Origin: Eledone cirrhosa
Taxonomy: Eukaryota
Length of the DNA: 64,000 nucleotides
Assembly: GCA_964016885.1 (NCBI GenBank)
Contig: OZ024740.1
Location: forward strand, 71,176,001 to 71,240,000
Direction of reading: 5' to 3'
Below, piece after piece: positions 24,521 to 39,439 of this stretch; position 1 is the first letter of the stretch; each line of letters starts with the position of its first letter. The notes beneath the pieces were generated by a model that worked only from the letters and a program-made list of their open reading frames with translations, ran no database searches and was not told where the DNA came from. Made by a program: the position numbers and the translations under genes.

Positions 24521-26429
24521 TCCAATTATATGAAGTATACAACCTATATAATATACAGGAAACAAGAAGAGGAAGAAAAATAAAGAATAATATGAGTATA
24601 CATACTCATATTTCCACGCATGCATATCAACACCTATAGAAACACTCACACGTATACATACCTATGGGTAAACCCGCAGGGCACAAATTTGTATAGTATT
24701 ATGCCTGGTATGGATGAAACTAACATATTTAACCATGCAGCCTTTTCTTATCAATAGTATGGTGTTTTGTATTATTTACATGACATACGTCTCCTTTTTC
24801 TTCTGTTTAGTGAGATTTGTGTACTTATTTTGGTGGGTAGAAAAGCACAAGTTCATCCTTACAAGAAACAGGTTAAAAGCATTAAAAAAATCAAACCAGC
24901 TGTAAACTTGAATTGTGCTTATCTAAAGCAGTCCATTCTGTAAGGGGCTTTTGCTGGTACCATGACAAAAAGTACCCAGTCCACCCTGTTATGTGGTTGT
25001 ACTGGTGCCATGAAAAAAGCTCTCACTGTAAAGTGGTTAATATTAGGAAGGGCATCCAGTCATTAAAAAAATAAAATGTATGAGCAAGGTGTGGTCACCT
25101 GACTTACCTAGCCTCATATTGTGACAGGCTGTCTAATCCATGCAAGTGTGGAAAATAGACATTAAACAGTGGTGAAGATGAAGCATAAGGTGAAAGTTCA
25201 AATCCAGTTAATATGTAAAGGCTTGTTTTCCTCACCCATCAATTGTACTAACATTCAATGTAAAACATAGGTTGAAGATTCTAAAGTTCCGTATTCTATT
25301 CTATAGTGTTATTTCTCTTTTCTTTTCCCATTATCTGTAGATGCACATTACAATAGCTTTATATCTCATTTATGTAGCTTGTAAACAAATAGGGCATTTA
25401 AGTTAACATTGTTTTTCAAAAACAATGACATCTCTAGTTGCATCTTTAGTTCATTTCATTTTTCTTATATAACTGTTTATTTTTTCAAGAGGAAGGGCAG
25501 TATCCATGATTCTATTCAGGATGAGGGGTGGAGTTAAGAATGGTATCCTCAAACTGGATACCTGGCCCATATGCTTGTAACAGAGTGAACTCTGCTAAAG
25601 GCACCCAAGGACTGGGTGTAGGTGTTAAATTGGACAGTAGATGTTTGCCACATAAACAGATTATGGTGGGATTTGAGTAAGAGAAAAGAAATAGCCCTTG
25701 TACTTGACTTGTATTTTATTTGTCAACCCTAGAGAGATGAAATAGTTGGAATAAATACTGCAAGGTATCCTGCCCCATTCTAATGATTCCACTGGTCCAC
25801 TGCCTGAGACTCATACTCTATTTATTGACCCTCAAAGGATGGAAGACAAAGTTAACCTCAGAATACAAGGAGCCTCCACCCAATGCCCTAATGCTTCTCT
25901 TACTCTGTCAGCTATAGATTATAGAACATTTTGAAAAAGCTTACCTTTGACTATGATCAAGAGACCATGCTATGGATCTTTTGTTGCTTCATTTATCATT
26001 CCAGTATTGTTTAAGTTCAAGCACATATTTGTAAATAATTGTTTCTACTTTTTGCACAAGGCCAGCAATTATCCCTGTGTATTACTGGTACTTTATTTTA
26101 TCGACCCCGTAAGGATGAAAGGCAAAGTTAACCTCGGTGGGATTTGAACTCGGTCCGTAAAGGGACGTAACTGTGCTGCAAAGCATGGCATCCAACCCTC
26201 TACTGATACTGCCAATCCACTGCCATTAAATAATAAATGTTAAGCAGTTCACTTTATGATTGTACATTGGTAATATTAGGCCTCTATATGTTTTGATAAC
26301 ATGTTGAGCTGCATCTGGAAAGTTCCTCTCCATAGTGCAGCAGGTCTGGGCAATGTTTTTTAATGAAACACCAGCAGACGGTCATGCATGTAAATCTCCC
26401 ATTTCCATGTCACTGATGTCCAAATGAAA

Positions 26430-26680
26430 GGCAAGAGCTGATACATCTTGACACCAGTTTTGTCATAGACCTTAAGTCAGTACAACATGGCACTAGTGTT
26501 GTCATAGGTACTGCTGTCAGAACATAAAGAGCTGATACAGTTTGGCATCAATATTGTCCTAGACATTGCTGTCAGAACATATAGAACCAGTACAGTTTGG
26601 CACTAGTGTTGTCGTAGACATTGCTGTCAGAACATATAGAACCTGTACAGCTTGGCATCTATTGTCATAGGTGTTGCTGT
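26430..26680. repeat. Degenerate ~55-60 bp tandem repeat
   Basis: Recurring gtcatagacattgctgtcagaacatatagaaccagtacagtttggcac; continues after the SINE at ~27015. Confidence 0.7.
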
Positions 26681-27013
26681 GAAGGTGCATAACTTAGTGG
26701 TTAGAGCGTTAGGCTTGCAATTGAGAGGTTGTGAGTTCAAATCTTGGACCAGGCGATGTGTTGTGTCCCTGAGTAAGACACTTTATTGCATGTTTCTCCA
26801 GTTCACTCAGATGTAGAAATGAGTTGCGACGTCACTGGAGCCAAGTTGTATCGGCCATTGCCTTCCCTTTGGACAATATTAGTGGTGTGGAGAGGGGAGA
26901 CTGGTATGCATGGGTGACTGTTGGTCTTTCACAAACAAATCTTGCCCAGGCTTGTGCCTCAGAGAAACTTTCTAGGTGCAAAACCACAGTCATTAGTGAC
27001 CGATGGGGGCTTT
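26681..27013 (+). mobile_element. tRNA-derived SINE (family A, CORE/V-like central domain)
   Basis: A box ttagtggttagagc, B box gagttcaaatc, gtgtccctgagtaagacac; homologue at 54335-54652, partial heads at ~3580, 21435, 39900-40160(-), 42970 and 51900. Confidence 0.8.
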
Positions 27014-29256
27014 AATTGCTGTCAGAATCTATAGGGTTTATACAGGTAACCACAATGCGGCCCATTCAATGTCCTAACAATCCTACCAATCCACTGCCTT
27101 GAACTGATACTTTATTTAACAACCCTTCAAAGATAAAAAGTAAAGTGCAGAGAGCTGGAATTAATACGACGAAGCTCTTTTTATATTGGTAAAAGATAAA
27201 TAATATATTTCTGTGGAATATACAAAGTTAATTTTTATAGTGTAATGATAAGGGTGAGTGTATAATCCATTAAATTGATAACTAGGAAATACTGGCACTT
27301 AAATTGTTTGGAGATGTACAGCTAAGTGGATTCATTGAATTTAGACATTAGAGAAACAATTAGATATGTGAAGTATATAGGGCACTTCACCTCTACTGTT
27401 AGTCTTATCATAAGATAAAGATTGGTACTTATAATCTGTCAGCTGAACTGAAGCTGGTAATATGAGGCATCTTTACAAATATAAAGTTTTGAATTACAAT
27501 TATTTCCTTGCTAGCAAATGATGATGATTGTTTATAAATGCAATTCACTCTCTTCAAGGCCACCTCCATGATGCTTCCACTCCCACAGAGGGACAATTCC
27601 CTTCCTCAGTAAGCAACATTTAGCCTTCCCTTTGTCATCTTGCACCAAGTTGCTTTGAGGGAAGGGAGACAATGTATAGTAGTAAGGATTCATCAAGTTT
27701 TTCGAATTACAAGTCAACCTTACCAGAGCTGGTGTCATAATAAAATGCACACAGTAGACTTTTTAAAGTGATTGGCAAAAAGGAGACAATATATGGTTGA
27801 AAGGACACTTTAGTCATGCTGAAGATATGACAACTTCTAGTGCTAATGCCATGATAAAATGCACCCAGTATACTCTATAAAATGGTTAGTGTTATGAAGG
27901 GCATTCAGTAATAGAAACCATGCAAAAAATTGGAACACACAAGTGAGATGTGACCCACAATCCATCTAAGAGGGCAACAACTCTAAACAAGAACTGACTC
28001 GGACCATGGCAACCTGTCCAACTCATGCCAGTATGGAAAGTAGGCATAAAATGATGAGGATTTCTAATGTGAATGCTGACAGGAATTGCAGTTGTATGTT
28101 GTTGTTGTTGAGCTCCAGATCAGCCTTGATTGAACAGTCTTATCGTCAAAGACATTTTAGGATGGTTGTTCCAGTTCATCCTATCTTTTTATATCATGCA
28201 TAATGCATCTATGGCTACATTAATCAATATATTCTTCATTTTTTTCAAACAGTAAGTTGTGGCCTAAGGGAGATTTGACTGATATTTTGTGGCATGTTAA
28301 ATGCTTTTTGTGTTTTTAGTTCAAATTCCACTGTGGCTTGGTTTAGCACCACCACTTGGTCTTTGTGTTCCTTTGATAGAGTCTACTCTGTTGCAAGCAA
28401 TCAGCCAGGTCTCCAGTTTGAAAATACCTTCCCCCTCCCACCAGTCTTGGAGTCCCTAAAAAGGGTCATGGGCATTTTTCCTTCTCTGTCTAAAACAGTA
28501 GAAAACTCCACCTAGGTGCTACTCTTTTGTCCTCTCTGACTAAGCCATAAAAAAACAAAAACTTACATTTACATAGATTCTGGTTTCTAATTTTGACACA
28601 AGACCAGCAATTTGGGGGTAAAGGGAAAGTCAATAATATTGACACCAGTACTTGACTGGTACTTTTTTTCCAACTCCTGGAATGTTGAAAGGCAAAATTG
28701 ACCTCGACAGGATTTAAACTCAGAATGAAAGAAATACTGATAAGCATGTATCTAATATTTTAATGACTCAGCCAATGCATTTACAGTTACATAGATAATA
28801 TCTTGCTTAAATTACATATTTGTTCTAGTTTTAAAAAGAAAAGTAATTCTCTTATATAAAGAAACATGTTCTTATATACAATCTCAATCTTCCTACAAGT
28901 CACATGAACTGTTATTTATTAAAACACAGCTATTTACATTGCTGTTGCCTTAAACACAGTAAAATTAGTACAAAGAAAAAGAGAAAAATGATATCTAAAC
29001 TAACAATGGACGAATTAACTAAAGATGAGGTGGTGGTGGTTGTGGCACCGACTAAACAATGTTGGAAATATACACAAAAGACATAAGTCTCTGATTTTCT
29101 AAAAAACATAACTCTCCACTCCCTGGATTTCTGTTTAATGAGTGGTTTGATACTAAATCACCCGAAACGACCCCTGGTTCTGCAATACAAAGGGGTTTAT
29201 TTTTAAAAACAATTATTTATCTATAAACCTTCCTTCATAATTTTGTCAGAAAAGCT

Positions 29257-29467
29257 TAACCCTTTAATATTTACATTACTCTATATTTACTATTATATTT
29301 TCACAGTAAATGCTTTACCTCACGTAATTATCTCACATAATATCGAATCTATGAGATTTTGATATTCTTTATTTTGAGAACAATACCTTAACATCACTGA
29401 GCAGCTGGTTATGGCTGGTTTGAACTGAAAAGAGAGAATTCTGGCCAGTTTAAATGCTAAAGGGTTA
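29257..29467. mobile_element. TTAA-flanked piggyBac-like MITE (~210 bp)
   Basis: ttaaccctttaatattt...aaatgctaaagggttaa; other full or partial copies at ~6330-6515, 39170-39392, 55213-55380, 55778-55991, 61716-61931 and 63866-64000. Confidence 0.78.
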
Positions 29468-30459
29468 AGCTATATTTCAAACACCAGTTTATCTCTTTTG
29501 ATACCAAACTGCCCATGGTTCTGTGATAGTGAGGTGCTTATGTTAAAATGATTATATTCATCTGAAATCCTTCCATTATAAGAACTTTCTTTAAGCTAAT
29601 CTTTAAACCAAAAGATCAATCACTGGTTCTCTGCATTTTTTTAAATTACAAATGTGACCTGGGGTTTCACACATGCATGCATGTACATGCGTAAACACAC
29701 ACACATACACACACACACACATATTGCAGTTCTGGAGCCCTTGACAAAGAATGCCATTGATAGTTTCAGATAGACAACAATAATTATTATTTTTAGGATT
29801 GACACAAGACCAGCAATTTGGGGAAAGGGGAAGTAGACCAAATCAAGTTCAGTACTTGGCTATTACTTTATTTTATTAACCCCAGAAGGATGAAAGGCAA
29901 TGTTGACTTTGGTGGGATTTAAATTCGGAACATAAAGCACTGTAACTAAATTTCACAAAGCATTTTGCACAATACGGTAATGAGAGGCATATATGAAAGC
30001 ATATACAATATGTTTATCTATAATAAATATATTGTATATTTGCCTCTATTCTGAATTACACTATGTTAGTGCTACTGCTAAGTAATTGTGAGGATAGATC
30101 AGAAGCTACTGCATTCTGGGTTCAAATTCTGCCAATGCCCACTTTCCCTTTCAACCTGTCATGCCCTGTATGTTCCTTTGAATAAAAGGAGGGAGGGTCA
30201 TAAGAGTGTTTGTGTCTGTTCACATCTGTGTTGGCACCTAAAACCTTTAGCAAAAGCATCATACATACTACAAAGTCCTAGTCGATTGTGAGTGATGGGT
30301 GTAGTAGTATTTTTTAGTCTGGCAAAACAAATATGATAATTCAGCACAAACCTGGAACCAGAAAATCAGTTGTGTACCTTTGTGTTGGCATGGGTTCCAT
30401 AGCTGCATGCCCTTCCAAAAGCCTACCACCTTACAAAAAGTACTTCATGCGTTTTTTTT

Positions 30460-31860
30460 ATGGCACCACCTCTACCATTTTATAGAGTGTACAGGGTGTA
30501 TTTTTTCTAGGCACCAACACTGCCACTTTACAGAGTGTACTGGATGTATTTTTTCTAGGCACCATCACTGCCACTTTACAGAGTGTACTGGAAGTGTTTT
30601 GCTGTGGTACCAGCACTACCACTTTACAGAGTGTACTGGATGTGTTTTGTTGTGTTACCAGCACTACCACTTTACAGTGTGTACTGGAAGTGTTCTGTTG
30701 TGTTACCAGCACTACCACTTTACAGAGTGTACTGGAAGTGTTTTGTTGTGGTACCAGCACTACCACTTTACAGAGTGTACTCGATGTGTTTTGTTGTGGT
30801 ACCAGCACTACCACTTTACAGTGTGTACTGGATGTGTTTTGTTGTGGTACCAGCACTACCACTTTACAGAGTGTACTGGATGTGTTTTGTTGTGGTACCA
30901 GCACTACCACTTTACAGAGTGTACTCGATGTGTTTTGTTGTGGTACCAGCACTACCACTTTACAGTGTGTACTGGATGTGTTTTGTTGTGGTACCAGCAC
31001 TACCACTTTACAGAGTGTACTGGATGTGTTTTGTTGTGATACCAGCACTACCACTTTACAGTGTGTACTGGAAGTGTTTTGTTGTGGTACCAGCACTACC
31101 ACTTTACAGAGTGTACTCGATGTGTTTTGTTGTGGTACCAGCACTACCACTTTACAGTGTGTACTGGATGTGTTTTGTCATGGCACCAGCACTACCACTT
31201 TACAGTGTGTACTGGAAGTGTTTTGTTGTGGTACCAGCACTACCACTTTACAGGGTGTACTGGATGTGTTTTGTCATGGCACCAGCACTACCACTTTACA
31301 GTGTGTACTGGATGTGTTTTGTCATGGCACCAGCACTACCACTTTACAGAGTGTACTGGAAGTGTTTTGTTGTGATACCAGCACTACCACTTTACAGAGT
31401 GTACTGGGTGTGTTTTGTCATGGCACCAGCACTACCACTTTACAGTGTGTACTGGAAGTGTTCTGTTGTGTTACCAGCACTACCACTTTACAGAGTGTAC
31501 TCGATGTGTTTTGTTGTGGTACCAGCACTACCACTTTACAGTGTGTACTGGATGTGTTTTGTCATGGCACCAGCACTACCACTTTACAGTGTGTACTGGA
31601 AGTGTTTTGTTGTGGTACCAGCACTACCACTTTACAGAGTGTACTCGATGTGTTTTGTTGTGGTACCAGCACTACCACTTTACAGTGTGTACTGGATGTG
31701 TTTTGTCATGGCACCAGCACTACCACTTTACAGTGTGTACTGGAAGTGTTTTGTTGTGGTACCAGCACTACCACTTTACAGAGTATACTGGATGTGTTTT
31801 GTTGTACCAGCACTACCACTTTACAGTGTGTACTGGATGTGTTTTGTCATGGCACCAGTA
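30460..31860. repeat. 48-bp minisatellite (~29 units)
   Basis: Unit gtggtaccagcactaccactttacagagtgtactggatgtgttttgtt; 16-aa periodicity in the overlapping ORFs. Confidence 0.97.
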
Positions 31861-32499
31861 CTAGAGAGGTTGTTACATGTTAGTCTAAACTAAAGACTTC
31901 TCAAATTTTACATTGTCTCCAAATAATTGCTAAACGCTGTAGCTTCCGGTCTCTCACTTACTCTTCATGTCACATTGCTTGTACTGGTAGATGAGGCTTT
32001 TGCATTATGGCATGTTGCCAGTCAGTTCTGTGTCATCTTCTTCAGAAATTTCAGTGTGTGTGTATTTGTATGTACATGCATACATGTTGTTTGTGTATGT
32101 GTATTGCATATATGACTGTGCATGTGTGTGTGTTTGCATATATGATTGTGCATGTGTGTGTGTTTGCATATATGATGTGCTTATGTGTGTGTGCTTCTGT
32201 ATATGGTGTCCGTGTGTCTGCTGCATATGATGCTGAATTCTGATCCAAAATACTTAACAAATGGACGATCATGGATGATTTTTCTTAAATAGTGTCAAAT
32301 GTCTGTTACTGAAATCCAGTGAACCCTAATATTAATGTGACACCATTGACAGTTTTAATATTCTTTGGGAATTTTAATATTTTTTCTTATTTACTCTGTT
32401 TCTTTGTTGTATGGTTTTGTATTTGATCTATATTTCTATATGTAAATCTTTGCTTTTCTTCTGACAATTTTAGGGTCCACATTCTTATTAAGCAGATAT

Positions 32500-35400
32500 G
32501 ACCTCTAGCCCATCCATACCCAACCGCCTCACTACCATCACTCGTTAGTCACTATCTCTAACCCGTTCATAACCATCACTCGTTAGTCACTATCTCTAGC
32601 CCGTTCATAACCCTTCCACCACCATCACTCGTTAGTCACTATCTCTAGCCCATTCATAACCCTTCCACCACATCACTCGTTAGTCACTATCTCTAGCCTG
32701 TTCATAACCCTTCTACCACCATCACTCGTTAGTCACTATCTCTAGCCTGTTCATAACCCTTCCACCACATCACTCGTTAGTCACTATCTCTAGCCCATTC
32801 ATAACCCTTCCACCACATCACTCGTTAGTCACTATCTCTAGCCCATTCATAACCCTTCCACCACATCACTCGTTAGTCACTATCTCTAGCCTGTTCATAA
32901 CCCTTCTACCACCATCACTCGTTAGTCACTATCTCTAGCCCGTTCATAACCCTTCCACCACCATCACTCGTTAGTCACTATCTCTAGCCCATTCATAACC
33001 CTTCCACCACATCACTCGTTAGTCACTATCTCTAGCCTGTTCATAACCCTTCTACCACCATCACTCGTTAGTCACTATCTCTAGCCCATTCATAACCCTT
33101 CCACCACATCACTCGTTAGTCACTATCTCTAGCCTGTTCATAACCCTTCTACCACCATCACTCGTTAGTCACTATCTCTAGCCCATTCATAACCCTTCCA
33201 CCACATCACTCGTTAGTCACTATCTCTAGCCTGTTCATAACCCTTCCACCACCATCACTCGTTAGTCACTATCTCTAGCCTGTTCATAACCCTTCTACCA
33301 CCATCACTCGTTAGTCACTATCTCTAGCCTGTTCATAACCCTTCCACCACCATCACTCGTTAGTCATTATCTCTAGCCTGTTCATAACCCTTCCACCACC
33401 ATCACTCGTTAGTCACTATCTCTAGCCCATTCATAACCCTTCCACCACATCACTCGTTAGTCACTATCTCTAGCCCATCATAACCACTTGTTAGTCACTA
33501 TCTCTAGCCCATTCATAACCCTTCCACCACATCACTCGTTAGTCACTATCTCTAGCCCGTTCATAACCCTTCCACCACCATCACTCGTTAGTCACTATCT
33601 CTAGCCCATTCATAACCCTTCCACCACCATCACTCGTTAGTCACTATCTATAGCCCATTCATAACCCTTCCACCACCATCACTCGTTAGTCACTATCTCT
33701 AGCCCATTCATAACCCTTCCACCACATCACTCGTTAGTCACTATCTCTAGCCCATTCATAACCCTTCCACCACCATCACTCGTTAGTCACTATCTCTAGC
33801 CCATTCATACTCCTTCCACCACCATCACTCGTTAGTCACTATCTCTAGCCCGTTCATAACCCTTCCACCACCATCACTCGTTAGTCACTATCTCTAGCCC
33901 ATTCGTAACCCTTCCACCACCATCACTCGTTACTCACTATCTCTAGCCCGTTCATACTCCTCCCACCACCATCACTCGTTAGTCACTATCTCTAGCCCGT
34001 TCATAACCCTTCCACCACCATCACTCGTTAGTCACTATCTCTAGCCCATTCATAACCCTTCCACCACATCACTCGTTAGTCACTATCTCTAGCCTGTTCA
34101 TAACCCTTCTACCACCATCACTCGTTAGTCACTATCTCTAGCCCATTCATAACCCTTCCACCACATCACTCGTTAGTCACTATCTCTAGCCTGTTCATAA
34201 GCCTTCCACCACCATCACTCGTTAGTCACTATCTCTAGCCTGTTCATAACCCTTCCACCACCATCACTCGTTAGTCACTATCTCTAGCCCATTCATAACC
34301 CTTCCACCACATCACTTGTTAGTCACTATCTCTAGCCCATCATAACCACTTGTTAGTCACTATCTCTAGCCCATTCATAACCCTTCCACCACATCACTCG
34401 TTAGTCACTATCTCTAGCCCGTTCATAACCCTTCCACCACCATCACTCGTTAGTCACTATCTCTAGCCCATTCATAACCCTTCCACCACCATCACTCGTT
34501 AGTCACTATCTCTAGCCCATTCATAACCCTTCCACCACCATCACTCGTTAGTCACTATCTCTAGCCCATTCATAACCCTTCCACCACCATCACTCGTTAG
34601 TCACTATCTCTAGCCCATTCATAACCCTCCCACCACCATCACTCGTTAGTCACTATCTCTAGCCCGTTCATACTCCTCCCACCACCATCACTCGTTAGTC
34701 ACTATCTCTAGCCTGTTCATAACCCTTCCACCACCATCACTCGTTAGTCACTATCTCTAGCCCGTTCATAACCCTCCCCCCACCATCACTCGTTAGTCAC
34801 TATCTCTAGCCCGTTCATACTCCTCCCACCACCATCACTCGTTAGTCACTATCTCTAGCCTGTTCATACTCCTCCCACCACCATCACTCGTTAGTCACTA
34901 TCTCTAGCCTGTTCATACTCCTCCCACCACCATCACTCGTTAGTCACTATCTCTAGCCTGTTCATACTCCTCCCACCACCATCACTTGTTAGTCACTATC
35001 TCTAGCCCGTTCATAACCCTTCCACCACCATCACTCGTTAGTCACTATCTCTAGCCCATTCATAACCCTTCCACCACATCACTCGTTAGTCACTATCTCT
35101 AGCCCGTTCATAACCCTTCCACCACATCACTCGTTAGTCACTATCTCTAGCCCATCATAACCACTTGTTAGTCACTATCTCTAGCCCATTCATAACCCTC
35201 CCACCACCATCACTCGTTAGTCACTATCTCTAGCCCATCATAACCACTTGTTAGTCACTATCTCTAGCCCATCATAACCACTCGTTAGTCACTATCTCTA
35301 GCCTGTTCATACTCCTCCCACCACCATCACTCGTTAGTCACTATCTCTAGCCTGTTCATACTCCTCCCACCACCATCACTTGTTAGTCACTATCTCTAGC

Positions 35401-38400
35401 CCGTTCATAACCCTTCCACCACATCACTCGGTAGTCACTATCTCTAGCCCATTCATAACCCTTCCACCACATCACTCGTTAGTCACTATCTCTAGCCCAT
35501 CATAACCACTTGTTAGTCACTATCTCTAGCCCATCATAACCACTCGTTAGTCACTATCTCTAGCCCGTTCATACTCCTCCCACCACCATCACTCGTTAGT
35601 CACTATCTCTAGCCTGTTCATACTCCTCCCACCACCATCACTCGTTAGTCACTATCTCTAGCCTGTTCATACTCCTCCCACCACCATCACTCGTTAGTCA
35701 CTATCTCTAGCCCGTTCATAACCCTTCCACCACATCACTCGTTAGTCACTATCTCTAGCCCGTTCATAACCCTTCCACCACATCACTCGTTAGTCACTAT
35801 CTCTAGCCCGTTCATAACCCTTCCACCACCATCACTCGTTAGTCACTATCTCTAGCCCATTCATAACCCTTCCACCACATCACTCGTTAGTCACTATCTC
35901 TAGCCCATCATAACCACTCGTTAGTCACTATCTCTAGCCTGTTCATAACCCTTCCACCACCATCACTCGTTAGTCACTATCTCTAGCCCATTCATAACCC
36001 TTCCACCACATCACTCGTTAGTCACTATCTCTAGCCCATCATAACCACTTGTTAGTCACTATCTCTAGCCCGTTCATACTCCTCCCACCACCATCACTCG
36101 TTAGTCACTATCTCTAGCCCGTTCATAACCCTTCCACCACCATCACTCGTTAGTCACTATCTCTAGCCCGTTCATAACCCTTCCACCACCATCACTCGTT
36201 AGTCACTATCTCTAGCCCGTTCATAACCCTTCCACCACCATCACTCGTTAGTCACTATCTCTAGCCCATTCATAACCCTTCCACCACATCACTCGTTAGT
36301 CACTATCTCTAGCCCATTCATAACCCTTCCACCACATCACTCGTTAGTCACTATCTCTAGCCCGTTCATAACCCTTCCACCACATCACTCGTTAGTCACT
36401 ATCTCTAGCCCATTCATAACCCTTCCACCACATCACTCGTTAGTCACTATCTCTAGCCCATCATAACCACTTGTTAGTCACTATCTCTAGCCCGTTCATA
36501 ACCCTTCCACCACCATCACTTGTTAGTCACTATCTCTAGCCTGTTCATAACCCTTCCACCACCATCACTCGTTAGTCACTATCTCTAGCCCATTCATAAC
36601 CCTTCCACCACATCACTCGTTAGTCACTATCTCTAGCCCATCATAACCACTTGTTAGTCACTATCTCTAGCCCGTTCATACTCCTCCCACCACCATCACT
36701 CGTTAGTCACTATCTCTAGCCCATCATAACCACTTGTTAGTCACTATCTCTAGCCCATTCATACTCCTCCCACCACCATCACTCGTTAGTCACTATCTCT
36801 AGCCCGTTCATACTCCTCCCACCACCATCACTCGTTAGTCACTATCTCTAGCCCGTTCATAACCCTTCCACCACCATCACTTGTTAGTCACTATCTCTAG
36901 CCTGTTCATAACCCTTCCACCACCATCACTCGTTAGTCACTATCTCTAGCCCGTTCATACTCCTCCCACCACCATCACTCGTTAGTCACTATCTCTAGCC
37001 CATCATAACCACTTGTTAGTCACTATCTCTAGCCCGTTCATACTCCTCCCACCACCATCACTCGTTAGTCACTATCTCTAGCCCGTTCATACTCCTCCCA
37101 CCACCATCACTTGTTAGTCACTATCTCTAGCCCATCATAACCACTTGTTAGTCACTATCTCTAGCCCGTTCATACTCCTCCCACCACCATCACTCGTTAG
37201 TCACTATCTCTAGCCCGTTCATACTCCTCCCACCACCATCACTCGTTAGTCACTATCTCTAGCCCGTTCATACTCCTCCCACCACCATCACTCGTTAGTC
37301 ACTATCTCTAGCCCGTTCATAACCCTTCCACCACCATCACTCGTTAGTCACTATCTCTAGCCCGTTCATAACCCTTCCACCACCATCACTCGTTAGTCAC
37401 TATCTCTAGCCCGTTCATAACCCTTCCACCACCATCACTCGTTAGTCACTATCTCTAGCCCATTCATAACCCTTCCACCACCATCACTCGTTAGTTACTA
37501 TCTCTAGCCCATTCATAACCCTTCCACCACCATCACTCGTTAGTCACTATCTCTAGCCCATTCATAACCCTTCCACCACCATCACTCGTTAGTCACTATC
37601 TCTAGCCCGTTCATAACCCTTCCACCACATCACTCGTTAGTCACTATCTCTAGCCCATTCATGCTCCTCCCACCACCATCACTCGTTACTCACTATCTCT
37701 AGCCTGTTCATAACCCTTCCACCACCATCACTCGTTAGTCACTATCTCTAGCCCGTTCATAACCCTTCCACCACATCACTCGTTAGTCACTATCTCTAGC
37801 CCGTTCATAACCCTTCCACCACCATCACTCGTTAGTCACTATCTCTAGCCCATTCATAACCCTTCCACCACCATCACTCGTTAGTCACTATCTCTAGCCC
37901 GTTCATAACCCTCCCACCACCATCACTCGTTAGTCACTATCTCTAGCCCATTCATAACCCTTCCACCACCATCACTCGTTAGTCACTATCTCTAGCCCAT
38001 TCATAACCCTTCCACCACCATCACTCGTTAGTCACTATCTCTAGCCCGTTCATAACCCTCCCACCACCATCACTCGTTAGTCACTATCTCTAGCCCATTC
38101 ATAACCCTTCCACCACCATCACTCGTTAGTCACTATCTCTAGCCCATTCATAACCCTTCCACCACATCACTCGTTAGTCACTATCTCTAGCCCGTTCATA
38201 ACCCTTCCACCACATCACTCGTTAGTCACTATCTCTAGCCCATTCATAACCCTTCCACCACCATCACTCGTTAGTCACTATCTCTAGCCCATCATAACCA
38301 CTCGTTAGTCACTATCTCTAGCCCATTCATAACCCTTCCACGACATCACTCGTTAGTCACTATCTCTAGCCCATTCATAACCCTTCCACCACATCACTCG

Positions 38401-39090
38401 TTAGTCACTATCTCTAGCCCATTCATAACCCTTCCACCACATCACTCGTTAGTCACTATCTCTAGCCCATTCATAACCCTTCCACCACCATCACTCGTTA
38501 GTCACTATCTCTAGCCCATTCATAACCCTTCCACCACATCACTCGTTAGTCACTATCTCTAGCCCATTCATAACCCTTCCACCACATCACTCGTTAGTCA
38601 CTATCTCTAGCCCGTTCATAACCCTTTCACCACATCACTCGTTAGTCACTATCTCTAGCCCGTTCATAACCCTTCCACCACATCACTCGTTAGTCACTAT
38701 CTCTAGCCCATTCATAACCCTTCCACCACATCACTCGTTAGTCACTATCTCTAGCCTGTTCATAACCCTTCCACCACATCACTCGTTACTCACTATCTCT
38801 AGCCTGTTCATAACCCTTCCACCACATCACTCGTTAGTCACTATCTCTAGCCTGTTCATAACCCTTCTACCACCATCACTCGTTAGTCACTATCTCTAGC
38901 CCATTCATAACCCTTCCACCACCATCACTCGTTAGTCACTATCTCTAGCCCATTCATAACCCTTCCACCACCATCACTCGTTAGTCACTATCTCTAGCCC
39001 ATTCATAACCCTTCCACCACCATCACTCGTTAGTCACTATCTCTAGCCCGTTCATACTCCTCCCACCACTATCACTCTTTAGTTGTTATC
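32500..39090. repeat. ~6.6-kb minisatellite of 48/49-bp units plus a 34-bp deletion variant (roughly 135-140 units)
   Basis: Unit catcactcgttagtcactatctctagcccattcataacccttccacca(c). Confidence 0.98.
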
Positions 39091-39439
39091 CTCACCATCA
39101 CTCTATCTGAAGTCACTCCCAACCGTCTTCTTCACATCACCCTCTCTGTCATACATCGACGACTTCTTTCATGCCATTTAAACCAACTGTATCCAGCCAG
39201 AATTCTCTCACCTCTTTCTCTTCAAACTGGCTGTAACTGGTCACTCATACTGATGGTATGGTATTATTCTCACAATAAACAATAACATCATCAACAGTTT
39301 CGTAGATTCGATATTATGTGAGATAATTATCTGATATAAAGCCTTTACCACAAAAATACAATAGTAGAGTAATGTAAATGCTAAAGGGTTAAGTCAACTG
39401 GTTATTTAATTTAAATTCTTTATTTTGTCTTTTTTCTAG

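Noticed and set aside
26681-26750. tRNA-like sequences here and at 3580, 54230, 54335 and 62259
   Set aside because: A/B boxes run into SINE bodies and no complete cloverleaf is evident; they are SINE heads, not tRNA genes.
30380-31893. Long ORFs of 219-436 aa in several frames
   Set aside because: Produced by a stop-poor 48-bp tandem unit; open on both strands, no splice support, retroelement-derived.
32474-32510. Strong acceptor-like site ttttag|ggtcc before the satellite
   Set aside because: All three frames stop within about 12 codons, and exons 18237 and 39440 already join in phase.
32500-39090. CRISPR-like regular repeat array
   Set aside because: No unique spacers (the variable part is a few recurring variants), no cas genes, eukaryotic context.
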